44,240 nt of DNA from Parcubacteria group bacterium M10-OD1-1 (GCA_003056145.1 LSNL01000007.1:1-44240); one strand, 5' to 3'; positions 18,801 to 28,491 are shown, numbered from the stretch's first letter. The notes: generated by a model not told the origin, from the sequence alone. Numbers and translations are program-made.

Positions 18801-19832
18801 TTAGAGTATTGGATGCAATATTTTTATCAAGAGTAAAATAAGATAATCTATAAATTTCATTCGGTAATTTTTCTGTGAAAAAGTAACTGATTGTTTTTTC
18901 CAATTAGTAATAGTGGTTGTAAGATCTTTAATTAAGTTTCTATCTCGAAAAAATATCCCTGCTTCTGCATTAATTTGAAAAGAGAAAAAATCAATATTCT
19001 GTGAACCCAATAATCCAACTTTTTGATCTATTAACAAAACCTTGGCATGATTCATTTCATTGGTTAAAAAGAACTTAACTCCCACCAAGGAAAGTTTATA
19101 CATATACAAATAGTTAATTCTATTAACAAACATATAGTTGGTTTTTTGAGGAACAACAATTTCTACTTTAACTCCTCGTCTAATAGCATCATCTAAAAGA
19201 GCTATTAACCAACGAGGAGGAACAAAGTAAGGAGTAACTATCTGAACTCTTTTCTGAGCTTGAGTGATTTTTTCTCGATATTGATCTTTAAGCATATAAA
19301 TATTTCTAGCTGGAACATTCTCCATCATCCAAAGTCGCATTTTTTTAGAAAAAGTTCTCTTCCTGTATTTTAAAATTGTAGGGTTTTTTCCACCAACTAC
19401 TTCATAAGTATAAGAAAACGATTTCATTATTATTTTTACAATTCTTCCTTGTAATTTTATCTGTAAATCGTTCCATTTGGCAAAGTTTTGCCCAATATTT
19501 ATTCCTCCAATAAAAGCCACTTTTTCGTCTATAATTAAAATTTTTCGATGGATATGACGCAACCAATTACTAAATAAAAAGAATTCTATTCCTGCTTCTC
19601 TAATTGATTGAATAGTCGTTTTTTTTAATTTACTGCTTCCATAAGCGTCAGTAATAATTACTACTTGAACACCAGCTTGAACTTTTTTTCTAAGCTCCTG
19701 TATAAAATCATACTTATCAGTATCATCTAAAAAAACATACATCTCTAAATAAATAGATTTCTGAGCCTTTTTAATTTCCGCCAACATCGCTGACCAAGCC
19801 TTTTGAGATTTATTGTAAAGTTTATAACGCAT
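18801..19832 (-). CDS. cls: Phospholipase D / cardiolipin synthase family protein
   Basis: Two HKD motifs (HRKILIIDEK, HAKVLLIDQK). Start re-called at MRYKLY. Confidence 0.9.
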   Translation of the reverse strand: MRYKLYNKSQKAWSAMLAEIKKAQKSIYLEMYVFLDDTDKYDFIQELRKKVQAGVQVVIITDAYGSSKLKKTTIQSIREAGIEFFLFSNWLRHIHRKILIIDEKVAFIGGINIGQNFAKWNDLQIKLQGRIVKIIMKSFSYTYEVVGGKNPTILKYRKRTFSKKMRLWMMENVPARNIYMLKDQYREKITQAQKRVQIVTPYFVPPRWLIALLDDAIRRGVKVEIVVPQKTNYMFVNRINYLYMYKLSLVGVKFFLTNEMNHAKVLLIDQKVGLLGSQNIDFFSFQINAEAGIFFRDRNLIKDLTTTITNWKKQSVTFSQKNYRMKFIDYLILLLIKILHPIL

Positions 19833-20063
19833 AATAAAAAGATTTGAGTATTTAATTTGTATTTTTGATGAGATAACGGATCTATCCAACTTCATTACTG
19901 TCTCATTTATCCCGCTAATATTCTTATGTCTTACTATCTACTAGTCTAACTTATTTAGCTAATTTTAGCACACTTTTTAATTTTTTTTTCAAATTATTTC
20001 TTGTGAATTCTAAAAATTTAAGTTATCATTAAGCTAGATAAATAATGAAACAATTATATTTTT

Positions 20064-21047
20064 ATGAAAAAAAAAGTTTTCTCAGGCATTCAACCTTCAG
20101 GACAGTTACATATTGGAAATTATTTAGGTGCAATTAAAAATTGGATTCATCTACAAAATGATTATGAAGCTATTTTTTGTATTGTTGATTTACACGCCAT
20201 TACTGTTCCTCAGGATCCAGAAGAATTAAAAAAAAGAGTTTTAGAAATCGCTAAGATTTATTTAGCTAGTGGAATTAATCCAGAAAAATCAACCATTTTT
20301 GTCCAATCTCAAATTCAAGAACATACTGAATTAGCTTGGATTTTAAATACCTTAGCTAAAATTTCTGAAATGGAAAGAATGACTCAATTTAAAGACAAAA
20401 GTCAAAAAAAAGGTCAGGAAAATTCTAGCGTTGGACTTTTTGATTATCCAGTTTTAATGGCCTCAGATATTTTACTTTACAACACTGATTTAGTCCCAGT
20501 CGGAGAAGATCAACTGCAACATATTGAATTAGCTAGAACTTTAGCTAGAAGATTTAATAAAAAATTCGGAAATACCTTTATTCTACCTCAGCCTTCTTTG
20601 CAAAAAAATGGAACACGAATAATGGGATTAGATAATCCTCTAAAAAAAATGAGTAAATCTTCTTCTTCAGAATACAATTATATCTCTCTTTTAGACTCTG
20701 CCGAAATAGTTCAAAAGAAAATCAGAAAAGCAGTAACTGATAGCGGCTCCAAAATAGTTTACTCAACAGAAAAACCAGCTCTGAAAAATCTTATTAATAT
20801 TTATTCTCTTTTTTCAGAAAAAACTACTCAAGAAATTGAAATAGAATATCAAGATAGAGGTTATGCTGAATTTAAAAACGATTTAGCTCAGATAATTATA
20901 GAATTTTTAACTGACTTTCAAAAGAAATTTCAAGCTATTAGTGATGAAGAAGTTATTAAAATATTAAAACAAGGCGCACAAAAAGCTTTTCCCTTGGCAA
21001 AAGAAAAAATGAAAGAAGTAAAAGAGAAAATGGGTTTATCTTTTTAG
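20064..21047 (+). CDS. trpS: Tryptophan--tRNA ligase
   Basis: SGIQPSGQLHIGNY (HIGH), VPVGEDQ, KMSKS. Confidence 0.98.
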   Translation: MKKKVFSGIQPSGQLHIGNYLGAIKNWIHLQNDYEAIFCIVDLHAITVPQDPEELKKRVLEIAKIYLASGINPEKSTIFVQSQIQEHTELAWILNTLAKISEMERMTQFKDKSQKKGQENSSVGLFDYPVLMASDILLYNTDLVPVGEDQLQHIELARTLARRFNKKFGNTFILPQPSLQKNGTRIMGLDNPLKKMSKSSSSEYNYISLLDSAEIVQKKIRKAVTDSGSKIVYSTEKPALKNLINIYSLFSEKTTQEIEIEYQDRGYAEFKNDLAQIIIEFLTDFQKKFQAISDEEVIKILKQGAQKAFPLAKEKMKEVKEKMGLSF

Positions 21048-21126
21048 TTTAGTAAAAAATAACAGTTATAATCAACTAATTTTATAATTCTTTAAGATCT
21101 ATCTTTTTGAATTTATACTAATAATA

Positions 21127-22485
21127 ATGCAAGAAGAAATTTTTAAAGCTTACGATATCCGAGGAATCTATCCAAAGGAAATAAATGAAGAAGCTGTCTA
21201 TAAAATCGGCAGAGCTTTAGTCAAATTTTTACAAGCCAAAAAAATAGTAATTGGAAGAGATATTAGAGAATCTAGCCCCACTCTTTTTAAACACCTAGCT
21301 CAAGGAATAATTGATGAAGGTGCTACTGTTTATGATTTAGGCTTAGCTACTACTCCTATGCTTTATTACGCTTCTGGGAAACTTGAAGTAGATGGTGGAG
21401 TAATGATTACCGCCTCCCACAATCCAAAACAATATAATGGGATTAAACTTTGCCGTTCTCAAGCTGTTCCAATTGGAGAAAATAGCGGTTTGTTAGAAAT
21501 AAAAAAAATAGCTTTGCAAATAAATTCTTTAGCTAAAAATGACACTCTTGGAGAAATTATTGAAAAAAATATTCAAAAAGAATATCTAGCTAATTGGATT
21601 GCTAAAATGAAATTAGGAACTAAAAAATTTAAAATTGTAATTGATTTTGCTAATGCTATGGGAATTTTAGAGTTACCTGTCTACACTTCTCAGGCTCAAA
21701 ATTTAAAAATTATAAAACTTTATGATAATCTAGATGGCACTTTTCCTAATCACGAAGCCAACCCTTTAAAGACAGAAACTCTCAAGGATTTACAAGATAA
21801 GGTTAAAGAAACTAAAGCTGATTTAGGAATTGCCTATGATGGAGATGCTGACCGAGTAGGTTTTGTTAATGAAAAAGGAGAAATTATTCCTATGGATTTT
21901 ATAACTGGTTTAATCGCCAAAGTGATTTTAGAAAAAAATCCTCAAGCAACTATTTTATGCGACCTTCGCTCGTCTAAAGCGGTTAAAGAATATATCGAAG
22001 AAAATGGCGGAATAGTTCATGAATGCCGAGTTGGACATGCACTTATCAAAAAACAAATGCGAGATGAAAATGCCATTTTTGCTGGAGAACTTTCTGGACA
22101 TTATTATTTTAAAGAAAACTATACCGCCGAAGCTGGTTCTTTGCCAGCTATTTATTTATTAAATTTAATGGCTAAAACTAAAAAACCAATTTCTGAGCTA
22201 TTGAGTGTGATGAAAAGATATTATCATAGCGGGGAAATAAATAGCCAAGTGCAAGATAAAAAGTCTGTTATTCAACAAATTAAAAAAAAGTATTCTCAAG
22301 GGAAATTAGATGAATTAGATGGAGTAAAAATAAGTTTCTGGGATAATCAACCAGGAAAAAGATGGTGGTTAAATGTTCGTCCTTCTAATACTGAACCAGT
22401 ATTAAGACTTAATCTAGAAGCAGACAATAAAAAACTAATGGAAGAAAAAGTTACTGAAGTTTTAAAAATAATTCACGCAAGCTAA
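21127..22485 (+). CDS. manB: Phosphomannomutase/phosphoglucomutase
   Basis: FKAYDIRG, ITASHNP, YDGDADR, GELSGH, VRPSNTEP. Confidence 0.93.
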   Translation: MQEEIFKAYDIRGIYPKEINEEAVYKIGRALVKFLQAKKIVIGRDIRESSPTLFKHLAQGIIDEGATVYDLGLATTPMLYYASGKLEVDGGVMITASHNPKQYNGIKLCRSQAVPIGENSGLLEIKKIALQINSLAKNDTLGEIIEKNIQKEYLANWIAKMKLGTKKFKIVIDFANAMGILELPVYTSQAQNLKIIKLYDNLDGTFPNHEANPLKTETLKDLQDKVKETKADLGIAYDGDADRVGFVNEKGEIIPMDFITGLIAKVILEKNPQATILCDLRSSKAVKEYIEENGGIVHECRVGHALIKKQMRDENAIFAGELSGHYYFKENYTAEAGSLPAIYLLNLMAKTKKPISELLSVMKRYYHSGEINSQVQDKKSVIQQIKKKYSQGKLDELDGVKISFWDNQPGKRWWLNVRPSNTEPVLRLNLEADNKKLMEEKVTEVLKIIHAS

Positions 22486-22521
22486 TAATTACAAACTATT
22501 TCAATTTGTAGTTTCTTGTAT

Positions 22522-23091
22522 TTATTCTTCAATCTTAAAATTCCATAACCAATCTTTTGAATCCTTGGCATAATCAACACCAATCCGAGGAGAAGCTTTG
22601 ACTTTAATATTATTTTGATTTTGTAATACTGGATATTCTAACCATATTTTTTCTCCTTTCGTTAAGTCCCAACCATTAAAAGATTTACCAATCACTAAAT
22701 TTTTAGTCAATTTTCCTGGACCATCTAGTTTTTTGAGTTTTTTTATTCGCTTTTTTTGATTTTTAGTCTTAATCTGATAATCATTACTTAGACCTCTAAT
22801 TAAAACAGCAGCTGGAAAGTTCTTTTTCTCTGTAACAATATTAAACATATAATACATTCCGTAAATTAAATAAATATAAGCTCGCCCTGGTTCTCCAAAC
22901 ATAGCTTTATTTCTTTCAGTTTTTCCTTTAGAAGCATGGCTAGCTAAATCATTTTCTCCTTGATAAGCTTCGGTCTCAATAATCTTTGCTCTAATAATTT
23001 TCCCTCGATACTTCCGAACTAAATAGCAACCCAATAATCTCTTAGCTACCTTAATTGTATCTTGATTATAAAAATTTTTCTTAATTAACAT
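22522..23091 (-). CDS. mpg: DNA-3-methyladenine glycosylase (MPG family)
   Basis: IIETEAY, YIYLIYGMY, AVLIRG, GPGKL, SPRIGV. Confidence 0.95.
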   Translation of the reverse strand: MLIKKNFYNQDTIKVAKRLLGCYLVRKYRGKIIRAKIIETEAYQGENDLASHASKGKTERNKAMFGEPGRAYIYLIYGMYYMFNIVTEKKNFPAAVLIRGLSNDYQIKTKNQKKRIKKLKKLDGPGKLTKNLVIGKSFNGWDLTKGEKIWLEYPVLQNQNNIKVKASPRIGVDYAKDSKDWLWNFKIEE

Positions 23092-23276
23092 AGTTTTTAT
23101 TTTAATCTAATCTTTTTACTTTTGAGCTTACTCTTATTATATCCTAATTGACAAAAACTCAAACAACCGCCACAATTTAAAAAGATACTCTTAATTTATC
23201 CAATAATTAAACTATCCAAAAAAATTAATTCTTAACTGAAAAAATACTTTGACTATTTTTTCAAAATCTAAAACTT

Positions 23277-24341
23277 ATGCCTCTTAAAATTGGTATTGTC
23301 GGACTTCCAAATATAGGAAAATCTACTTTATTTAAAGCTATTACTCAAAATCCTGTTGACATCAACAACTATCCTTTTTGTACTATTGAACCCAATATTG
23401 GAATTGTTAAAGTGCCTGATCATCGCTTAACCAAGCTTTCTGAAATGTCTCATTCAGCTAAAATAATTCCTACCGTTATTGATTTTGTAGATATTGCTGG
23501 TTTAGTTAAAGGTGCTTCTACTGGTGAAGGTTTAGGTAATAAATTTTTAGCCAATATCCGTGAAACCGATGCTATTATTCAAGTTGTTCGAGTTTTTCCT
23601 TTAGCTAAAAACTCTAACGACATTACTCATATTTATAATTCTATTGATCCTGAAAGAGATATTGAAATTATCAATACCGAGCTAATTCTAGCTGATTTGG
23701 AAACCGTCAAAAAAGTGGAAGTCCGACTAGAAAAGGATTTGCGTGGAAATAAAGAAGGTGTTGACACCCAACTTGCCGTTGTAAAAAAAATAAAATCTTT
23801 TTTGGAAAAAGGAAACCTAGCTAATTCAATCAATCTAGATTTTTCTGAAAAAAATACCACCCAAATCATTCGTGAACTTTCTCTTATTACTATGAAACCT
23901 TTCTTGTATATTTATAATGTCAATGAGACAGGTAAAGAGCTTTCTCAAAAACTAGAAGAAAAAAATCATGTTAAGCTAGACATAAAAATTGAAGAAGAGC
24001 TTTTAGAAATGACTACTGAAGAAGCTCAAGAATTAGAAGTACATTCTAAACTAGATAAACTTATTCTTAAAGCCTATGAAGTTCTAGGGCTTATCACTTT
24101 TTTAACTACTGGTGCTGATGAAACTCGCGCCTGGACAATCAAAAAAGGCTGGAAGGCCCCAATGGCTGGAACCGCCATTCATAATGATTTCAAAGACAAA
24201 TTCATTCGAGCAGAAGTTATTCAGTGGAACAAACTATTAGAGGCTGGCTCATGGGGAAAAGCTCGAGAAGTTGGAACACTTCGCCTAGAAGGAAAAGAAT
24301 ACATAGTTCAAGATGGCGATGTAATTGAATTTAAGATTTAA
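23277..24341 (+). CDS. ychF: Redox-regulated ATPase YchF
   Basis: [39 protein letters not shown]-terminal TGS domain. Confidence 0.97.
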   Translation: MPLKIGIVGLPNIGKSTLFKAITQNPVDINNYPFCTIEPNIGIVKVPDHRLTKLSEMSHSAKIIPTVIDFVDIAGLVKGASTGEGLGNKFLANIRETDAIIQVVRVFPLAKNSNDITHIYNSIDPERDIEIINTELILADLETVKKVEVRLEKDLRGNKEGVDTQLAVVKKIKSFLEKGNLANSINLDFSEKNTTQIIRELSLITMKPFLYIYNVNETGKELSQKLEEKNHVKLDIKIEEELLEMTTEEAQELEVHSKLDKLILKAYEVLGLITFLTTGADETRAWTIKKGWKAPMAGTAIHNDFKDKFIRAEVIQWNKLLEAGSWGKAREVGTLRLEGKEYIVQDGDVIEFKI

Positions 24342-24351
24342 GCGTTTCCGC

Positions 24352-24380
24352 TTGACGCTTACGCTATTTACTGATAGTAT
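24352..24380 (+). promoter_or_regulatory. Sigma70 promoter of rpsF-ssb-rpsR
   Basis: TTGACG-17-TAGTAT. Confidence 0.8.
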
Positions 24381-24386
24381 AAGTAC

Positions 24387-24480
24387 AACTTAGAAAGTCC
24401 AATTAGCTTTCCCGCCAAGGCTCTGCCTAGGATAGAAAAGCTATAATCCGTCAGAAGGACTTTTGGGCGGATTTTTTATT
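24387..24480 (+). promoter_or_regulatory. Structured rpsF leader (S6:S18-binding-motif-like hairpin plus intrinsic terminator)
   Basis: Stem TAGCTTTC/GAAAAGCTA with a CCG internal loop and CC-AAGGC-TCT-GCCT-AGG hairpin, then terminator AATCCGTC-AGAA..TTTT-G-GGCGGATT-TTTT. Confidence 0.65.
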
Positions 24481-24542
24481 AATTAATAACACTTTTAGTA
24501 TTTAGAATTATTTCTAATACTAATCTGTGAAAATATCAAACT

Positions 24543-25100
24543 ATGCGATACGAATTATTCTACTTAGTTGGAATTTCTCAAGAACCCAATCTAGAAACAA
24601 TTAAAAAAGAAGTTGCCGAGATGGTTACTTCGCTAGGTGGTGTTTTTGAAGAAAAAGAAACCTTAGAAAAAAGAAAGCTATCTTATGAAGTTAAACACGA
24701 AACTCACGGTATTTATATTGCCCAGAGATTTGAGCTAGAAGAAGTTGAAAAAATCAAAGAACTTTTAGCTACCTTGAATCTTTATAATCAAGTTTTACGC
24801 TTTATTATTAGCAAAGCCGATGAACTTCCTCCTCTTAAATCCAAAGAAGAGCGGATTGATGAAGCAGCTAAAAAAGAAGCTATAACTACTTCCAGACGAG
24901 AAAAAGAAGAAAAAATAGCTACTGCCAATAAAGAAGCCCAAGAAGAAAAGTTGAAAGTTTTAGAAAAAAATCAAGAAAAAAAACCAGCCACTAAAGAGAC
25001 TAGAAAAGAACAAAAAGAGAAAAAAGAAGGAGGAGAGAAAGAAGAAAAGAAAACAGATAGCTCTATTGATAAAAAGTTAGAAGAAATTTTAAATATTTAA
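24543..25100 (+). CDS. rpsF: 30S ribosomal protein S6 with long K/E-rich C-terminal tail
   Basis: MRYELFYL, RKLSYEVK, G.Y, VLRFII; followed by ssb and rpsR. Confidence 0.95.
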   Translation: MRYELFYLVGISQEPNLETIKKEVAEMVTSLGGVFEEKETLEKRKLSYEVKHETHGIYIAQRFELEEVEKIKELLATLNLYNQVLRFIISKADELPPLKSKEERIDEAAKKEAITTSRREKEEKIATANKEAQEEKLKVLEKNQEKKPATKETRKEQKEKKEGGEKEEKKTDSSIDKKLEEILNI

Positions 25101-25195
25101 CTTATAATTTTTAAAGATTTTTATTTTGAAGTAAAAGTTAATTAAATAAATTAATTAAAAAACTTTTCTTCTCCAAAATAAAAGTTATAAAAAAT

Positions 25196-25672
25196 ATGAA
25201 TGTCAACAAAGTAATGTTAGTTGGTCGTTTAACTCGCGACCCTGAAGTAAGAAATACCACTTCAGGACAACCAGTAGCTTCTATCAGCTTAGCTACTAAT
25301 AGATTTTGGAAGGACAAAGCTGGGCAAAAACAAGATCAAACTGAATTTCATAATGTAGTACTTTGGGGCAGGTTAGCAGAAATTGCTGGACAATATTTAA
25401 CTAAAGGGCAAGAAGCTTACATTGAAGGACGCCTTCAAACTAGAAAATATACTACTAAAGACGGGATTGAGAGAAGAGTAACTGAAATAGTAGCGGAAAA
25501 TATGCAACTTGGTTCTCGAGCTCAAGGATCTTCTAGACCTAAACCATTTTCTCCCTCTCCAGCACCTACTAACGAGACCACACAACCATCTAAGCCAGTT
25601 GTCGAAGAGATTCCTACTATTAACTTAGACGAAGAAGAGGATGAAATAAAAATAGAGGATGTTCCTTTTTAA
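25196..25672 (+). CDS. ssb: Single-stranded DNA-binding protein
   Basis: NKVMLVGRLTRDPE, TEFHNVVLWG, C-terminal EDVPF. Confidence 0.98.
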   Translation: MNVNKVMLVGRLTRDPEVRNTTSGQPVASISLATNRFWKDKAGQKQDQTEFHNVVLWGRLAEIAGQYLTKGQEAYIEGRLQTRKYTTKDGIERRVTEIVAENMQLGSRAQGSSRPKPFSPSPAPTNETTQPSKPVVEEIPTINLDEEEDEIKIEDVPF

Positions 25673-25711
25673 ATAACTTATTTATTAACCAATCTTATCA
25701 ATTAAAAAAAT

Positions 25712-25930
25712 ATGAATGAAGCTCAAGAAAAAAAGACTTGTTATTTTTGTCAAAACAAAATAGACAAAATAGATTTTAAAGATGCTTACTTGATTAGGCG
25801 TTTTATGAATTCTCAAGGAAAAATTTACCCTAGAAAACGACATGGCACTTGTGCTAAACACCAACGAGTTTTATCTAACGCTATTAAAAAATCTCGAGTG
25901 ATGGCTTTAGTTCCTTTCGTGGCTAGATAA
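25712..25930 (+). CDS. rpsR: 30S ribosomal protein S18
   Basis: CYFC, IDFKD, GKIYPRKRHGTCAKHQR. Confidence 0.97.
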   Translation: MNEAQEKKTCYFCQNKIDKIDFKDAYLIRRFMNSQGKIYPRKRHGTCAKHQRVLSNAIKKSRVMALVPFVAR

Positions 25931-25984
25931 TTATTTATTAAACTATTAGCAATTATACTACTATTGCTATAATCTTTTGTTTTT

Positions 25985-26542
25985 ATGTTAAATCTTTCCG
26001 AAATTAAAACTGGTAAAAATATTATTTTTAACGGCATTCCCTTTGCTGTTTTACATCATGAACAATCTAAAACTGGACGAGCTGGTTCAGTTTTAAGAAC
26101 TAAATTAAAAAATCTTATCACTGGGACAGTTTTAGAAAAAACCTTTCAAGGAGCTGATTCAGTTCAAGAAGCTGATATTACTAAAACTAAAGCTCAATTT
26201 ACTTATCAAGATGGTAATGACTATAATTTTATGGATGAAGAAACTTACGAGCAGTTTTCTCTTTCTAGGGAAGTTTTAGGTAAGGCAACCGACTATTTAA
26301 AAGAAGGCACTGAAGTAACTATTTTAAATTTTAATAGCAATCCTATTAATCTTGAGCTCCCTGCCAAAATAACTTTAAAAGTAACTGACGCTCCTCCATG
26401 CATTAAAGGTAATTCAGTTTCTACCGGTGGAAAAATCGTAACACTAGAAACTGGACTTAAAATGTCAGCTCCTCTTTTTGTAAAAGTTGATGATGAAATA
26501 ATAATCAATACAGAACGAGAAGAGTATGTTTCTCGTGTTTAA
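25985..26542 (+). CDS. efp: Elongation factor P
   Basis: KTGRAGSVLRTKLKNL, PPCIKGNSVS, LETGL, PLFV, EYVSRV. Confidence 0.96.
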   Translation: MLNLSEIKTGKNIIFNGIPFAVLHHEQSKTGRAGSVLRTKLKNLITGTVLEKTFQGADSVQEADITKTKAQFTYQDGNDYNFMDEETYEQFSLSREVLGKATDYLKEGTEVTILNFNSNPINLELPAKITLKVTDAPPCIKGNSVSTGGKIVTLETGLKMSAPLFVKVDDEIIINTEREEYVSRV

Positions 26543-26559
26543 TAATCAAAAAGCCAAAC

Positions 26560-26592
26560 AAAAAAAGTCTTAGCATCTGCTAGACTTTTTTG
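26560..26592. terminator. Terminator between efp and the convergent small ORF
   Basis: AAAAAAAGTCT-TAGCATCTGC-TAGACTTTTTT. Confidence 0.65.
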
Positions 26593-26642
26593 TTTTTGTT
26601 TTTGTTATTTAATTATTTGGTTCTCTTTAAAAGAAACGTCTT

Positions 26643-26786
26643 TTATAAAAGACCGACACTTTTAAAAAGAGTAATCGTCAGTACTGGCACTAAGGCCACT
26701 AGAACTGCAAAATTCAGTTCTTCTGACATTTTGTCACTACTCTCCCTTTTTTTACATTCAGGACATTGACAATTTGTTTTTTCCAT
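26643..26786 (-). CDS. 47-aa membrane peptide with CxCxxC motif (not in ORF track)
   Basis: MEKTNCQCPECKKRESSDKMSEELNFAVLVALVPVLTITLFKSVGLL*; a consensus promoter lies upstream. Confidence 0.75.
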   Translation of the reverse strand: MEKTNCQCPECKKRESSDKMSEELNFAVLVALVPVLTITLFKSVGLL

Positions 26787-26880
26787 TGTGTTGTTTCCCT
26801 TAATTTAAGGGATAAATTAATAATTAGCAATAAAAAAAGAAACTGGTAATAAATCACCCGTTTCTCAATATTGTAATTCA

Positions 26881-26909
26881 ATTATACACCATTCAAATGA
26901 AAAAGTCAA
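26881..26909 (-). promoter_or_regulatory. Sigma70 promoter for the 47-aa peptide
   Basis: TTGACT-17-TATAAT. Confidence 0.8.
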
Positions 26910-27052
26910 GTAAAGACAATAGTAACGAAATTAAAAAAGAATTGCTCCTATTATTGCCTAAAACAAAAATTCTTAAATTTCTTTTTGGCAAAAATATATA
27001 AATTTTCTTTTTTTCACCTTGTCATCTTGTTATTAAATGCTAGACTAAGAAT

Positions 27053-27499
27053 ATGACTACTATTGCTAAAAACAAACGAGCTAATTTTGATTACACAATC
27101 CTAGATAAATATGACGCTGGGATAGTTCTATCTGGACAAGAAGTAAAATCTATTAAAACTGGACACGCCAGCTTAAAAGAAAGTTTTGTTACTACTCATC
27201 AAAATGAACTCTATTTAACTAACGCTCATATTCCACCTTATCAGCACGCTGGAGAAGTAGCTAATTATGATCCTACTCATCCCCGAAAGCTTTTACTCAA
27301 AAAATCACAAATCAAGCATTTAATAGGTAAATTAAAGGCTCAAGGCTTGACACTAGTACCCATTAGACTATATACTAAAAGACGACTTATCAAATTAGAA
27401 TTTGGGATAGGGAAAGGAAAGAAAGAATACGATAAGCGAGCGACTATCGCTAAAAGAGACGACGAAAGAAAAATCCGTAGAAGATTAAGAAATTTTTAA
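27053..27499 (+). CDS. smpB: SsrA-binding protein
   Basis: IAKNKRANFDY, AGIVLSGQEVKS, HIPPY, RKLLL, GKGKKEYDKR. Confidence 0.98.
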   Translation: MTTIAKNKRANFDYTILDKYDAGIVLSGQEVKSIKTGHASLKESFVTTHQNELYLTNAHIPPYQHAGEVANYDPTHPRKLLLKKSQIKHLIGKLKAQGLTLVPIRLYTKRRLIKLEFGIGKGKKEYDKRATIAKRDDERKIRRRLRNF

Positions 27500-27508
27500 T
27501 CTCTCTAA

Positions 27509-27915
27509 GGGGATGTTGTAGATTAGACAGGTTGTACATTTAAAATACGCAAGCCGAGAATGATAAAAAACTCGTTAACTTTTATCAAAAGTTATAAGTG
27601 CAAACTTCATAACCAAAGCAAAATCTGCAATTGCTAACGCTTTTGTACCTAATTTTGCGACTGCTATCGCCTAATCCTGTTTCCCAGGAAGCTTTAGCCA
27701 TCAAACTGTCCACTCCCGATAGACAGAGCTTGGTGTTATATTTCGGGATAGCAAATTTTTTTATTTTCAAGAATTATTTGTAAAACTAAATTGAAAATAA
27801 GTTAAGAAACTTTTTGTTTATTTATTGTTCTTAACTGAAATTACTAAATAAACTAAGCTTGTAGATTATTTTAGGTAAACAATTTTGGACATGGGTGCAA
27901 TTCCCATCATCTCCA
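27509..27915 (+). ncRNA. ssrA: tmRNA
   Basis: GGGGATG/CATCTCC acceptor stem with G.U pair, discriminator A then CC; T-arm ATGGG-TGCAATT-CCCAT; tag ORF 27600-27674 ANFITKAKSAIANAFVPNFATAIA*; directly after smpB. Confidence 0.95.
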
Positions 27916-27951
27916 CCGCTAAAAAATATTTTAATAATTAAAATCAAACCT

Positions 27952-28491
27952 ATCAGAAGAAAACAGCGTAAAATTTTTGTTAAAAAAGCTCCAAAAACTA
28001 GAATCAACGAACAGATTCAGGCTAAGGAAGTGCGAGTTATCAATGAAGATAAAAGCCAAATAGGTATTCTTTCTCTAAATGAAGCTTTGTCATTAGCTAA
28101 AGAAAGAATGCTTGATTTAGTAGAAATTTCGCCTAAAGTAGTTCCTCCTGTTTGTAAAATTATGGATTTTGGAAAATTTCAATATCAGAAATCTAAAGAA
28201 GATCGCCAACATAAATCTAAACAAAAGAAATCAGAAGTTAAAGGTATTAGATTAAGAGTAAGAACTGATGAACATGATATCAACTTCAAAAAGAAACAAG
28301 TAGAAAAATTTTTAGAAAAAGGCAACAAAGTTAAAATAGAAATCACTATGCGAGGAAGAGAAAAAGCTCACGAGCATATCGCTAAAAAAAATTTAGCTGA
28401 CTTTATCAGAAACATTTCTGTTCCTAATAAAATAGAACAAGAAGTTAAACGCTATCCTGGAGGTTACAATGTCGTTATTGCTCCTGAATAA
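27952..28491 (+). CDS. infC: Translation initiation factor IF-3, non-AUG start (ATC 27952; ATT 27937 alternative)
   Basis: RINEQI..KEVRVI, LDLVEIS, PPVCKIMDFGKF, KVKIEI.MRGRE. There is no in-frame ATG near the 5' end, and the track GTG lies inside the tmRNA. Confidence 0.92.
   Translation: MRRKQRKIFVKKAPKTRINEQIQAKEVRVINEDKSQIGILSLNEALSLAKERMLDLVEISPKVVPPVCKIMDFGKFQYQKSKEDRQHKSKQKKSEVKGIRLRVRTDEHDINFKKKQVEKFLEKGNKVKIEITMRGREKAHEHIAKKNLADFIRNISVPNKIEQEVKRYPGGYNVVIAPE

Noticed and set aside
24390-24470. RNase P or SRP RNA (GAAAGTCC seen)
   Set aside because: Too short, lacks GAGGAAAGUCC context and the 3' P4 strand, and has no SRP helix-8 motif; it fits an rpsF leader better.
27895-27951. Track start of infC (GTG 27895)
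   Set aside because: It lies inside the tmRNA T-arm; a non-AUG start downstream is more plausible.
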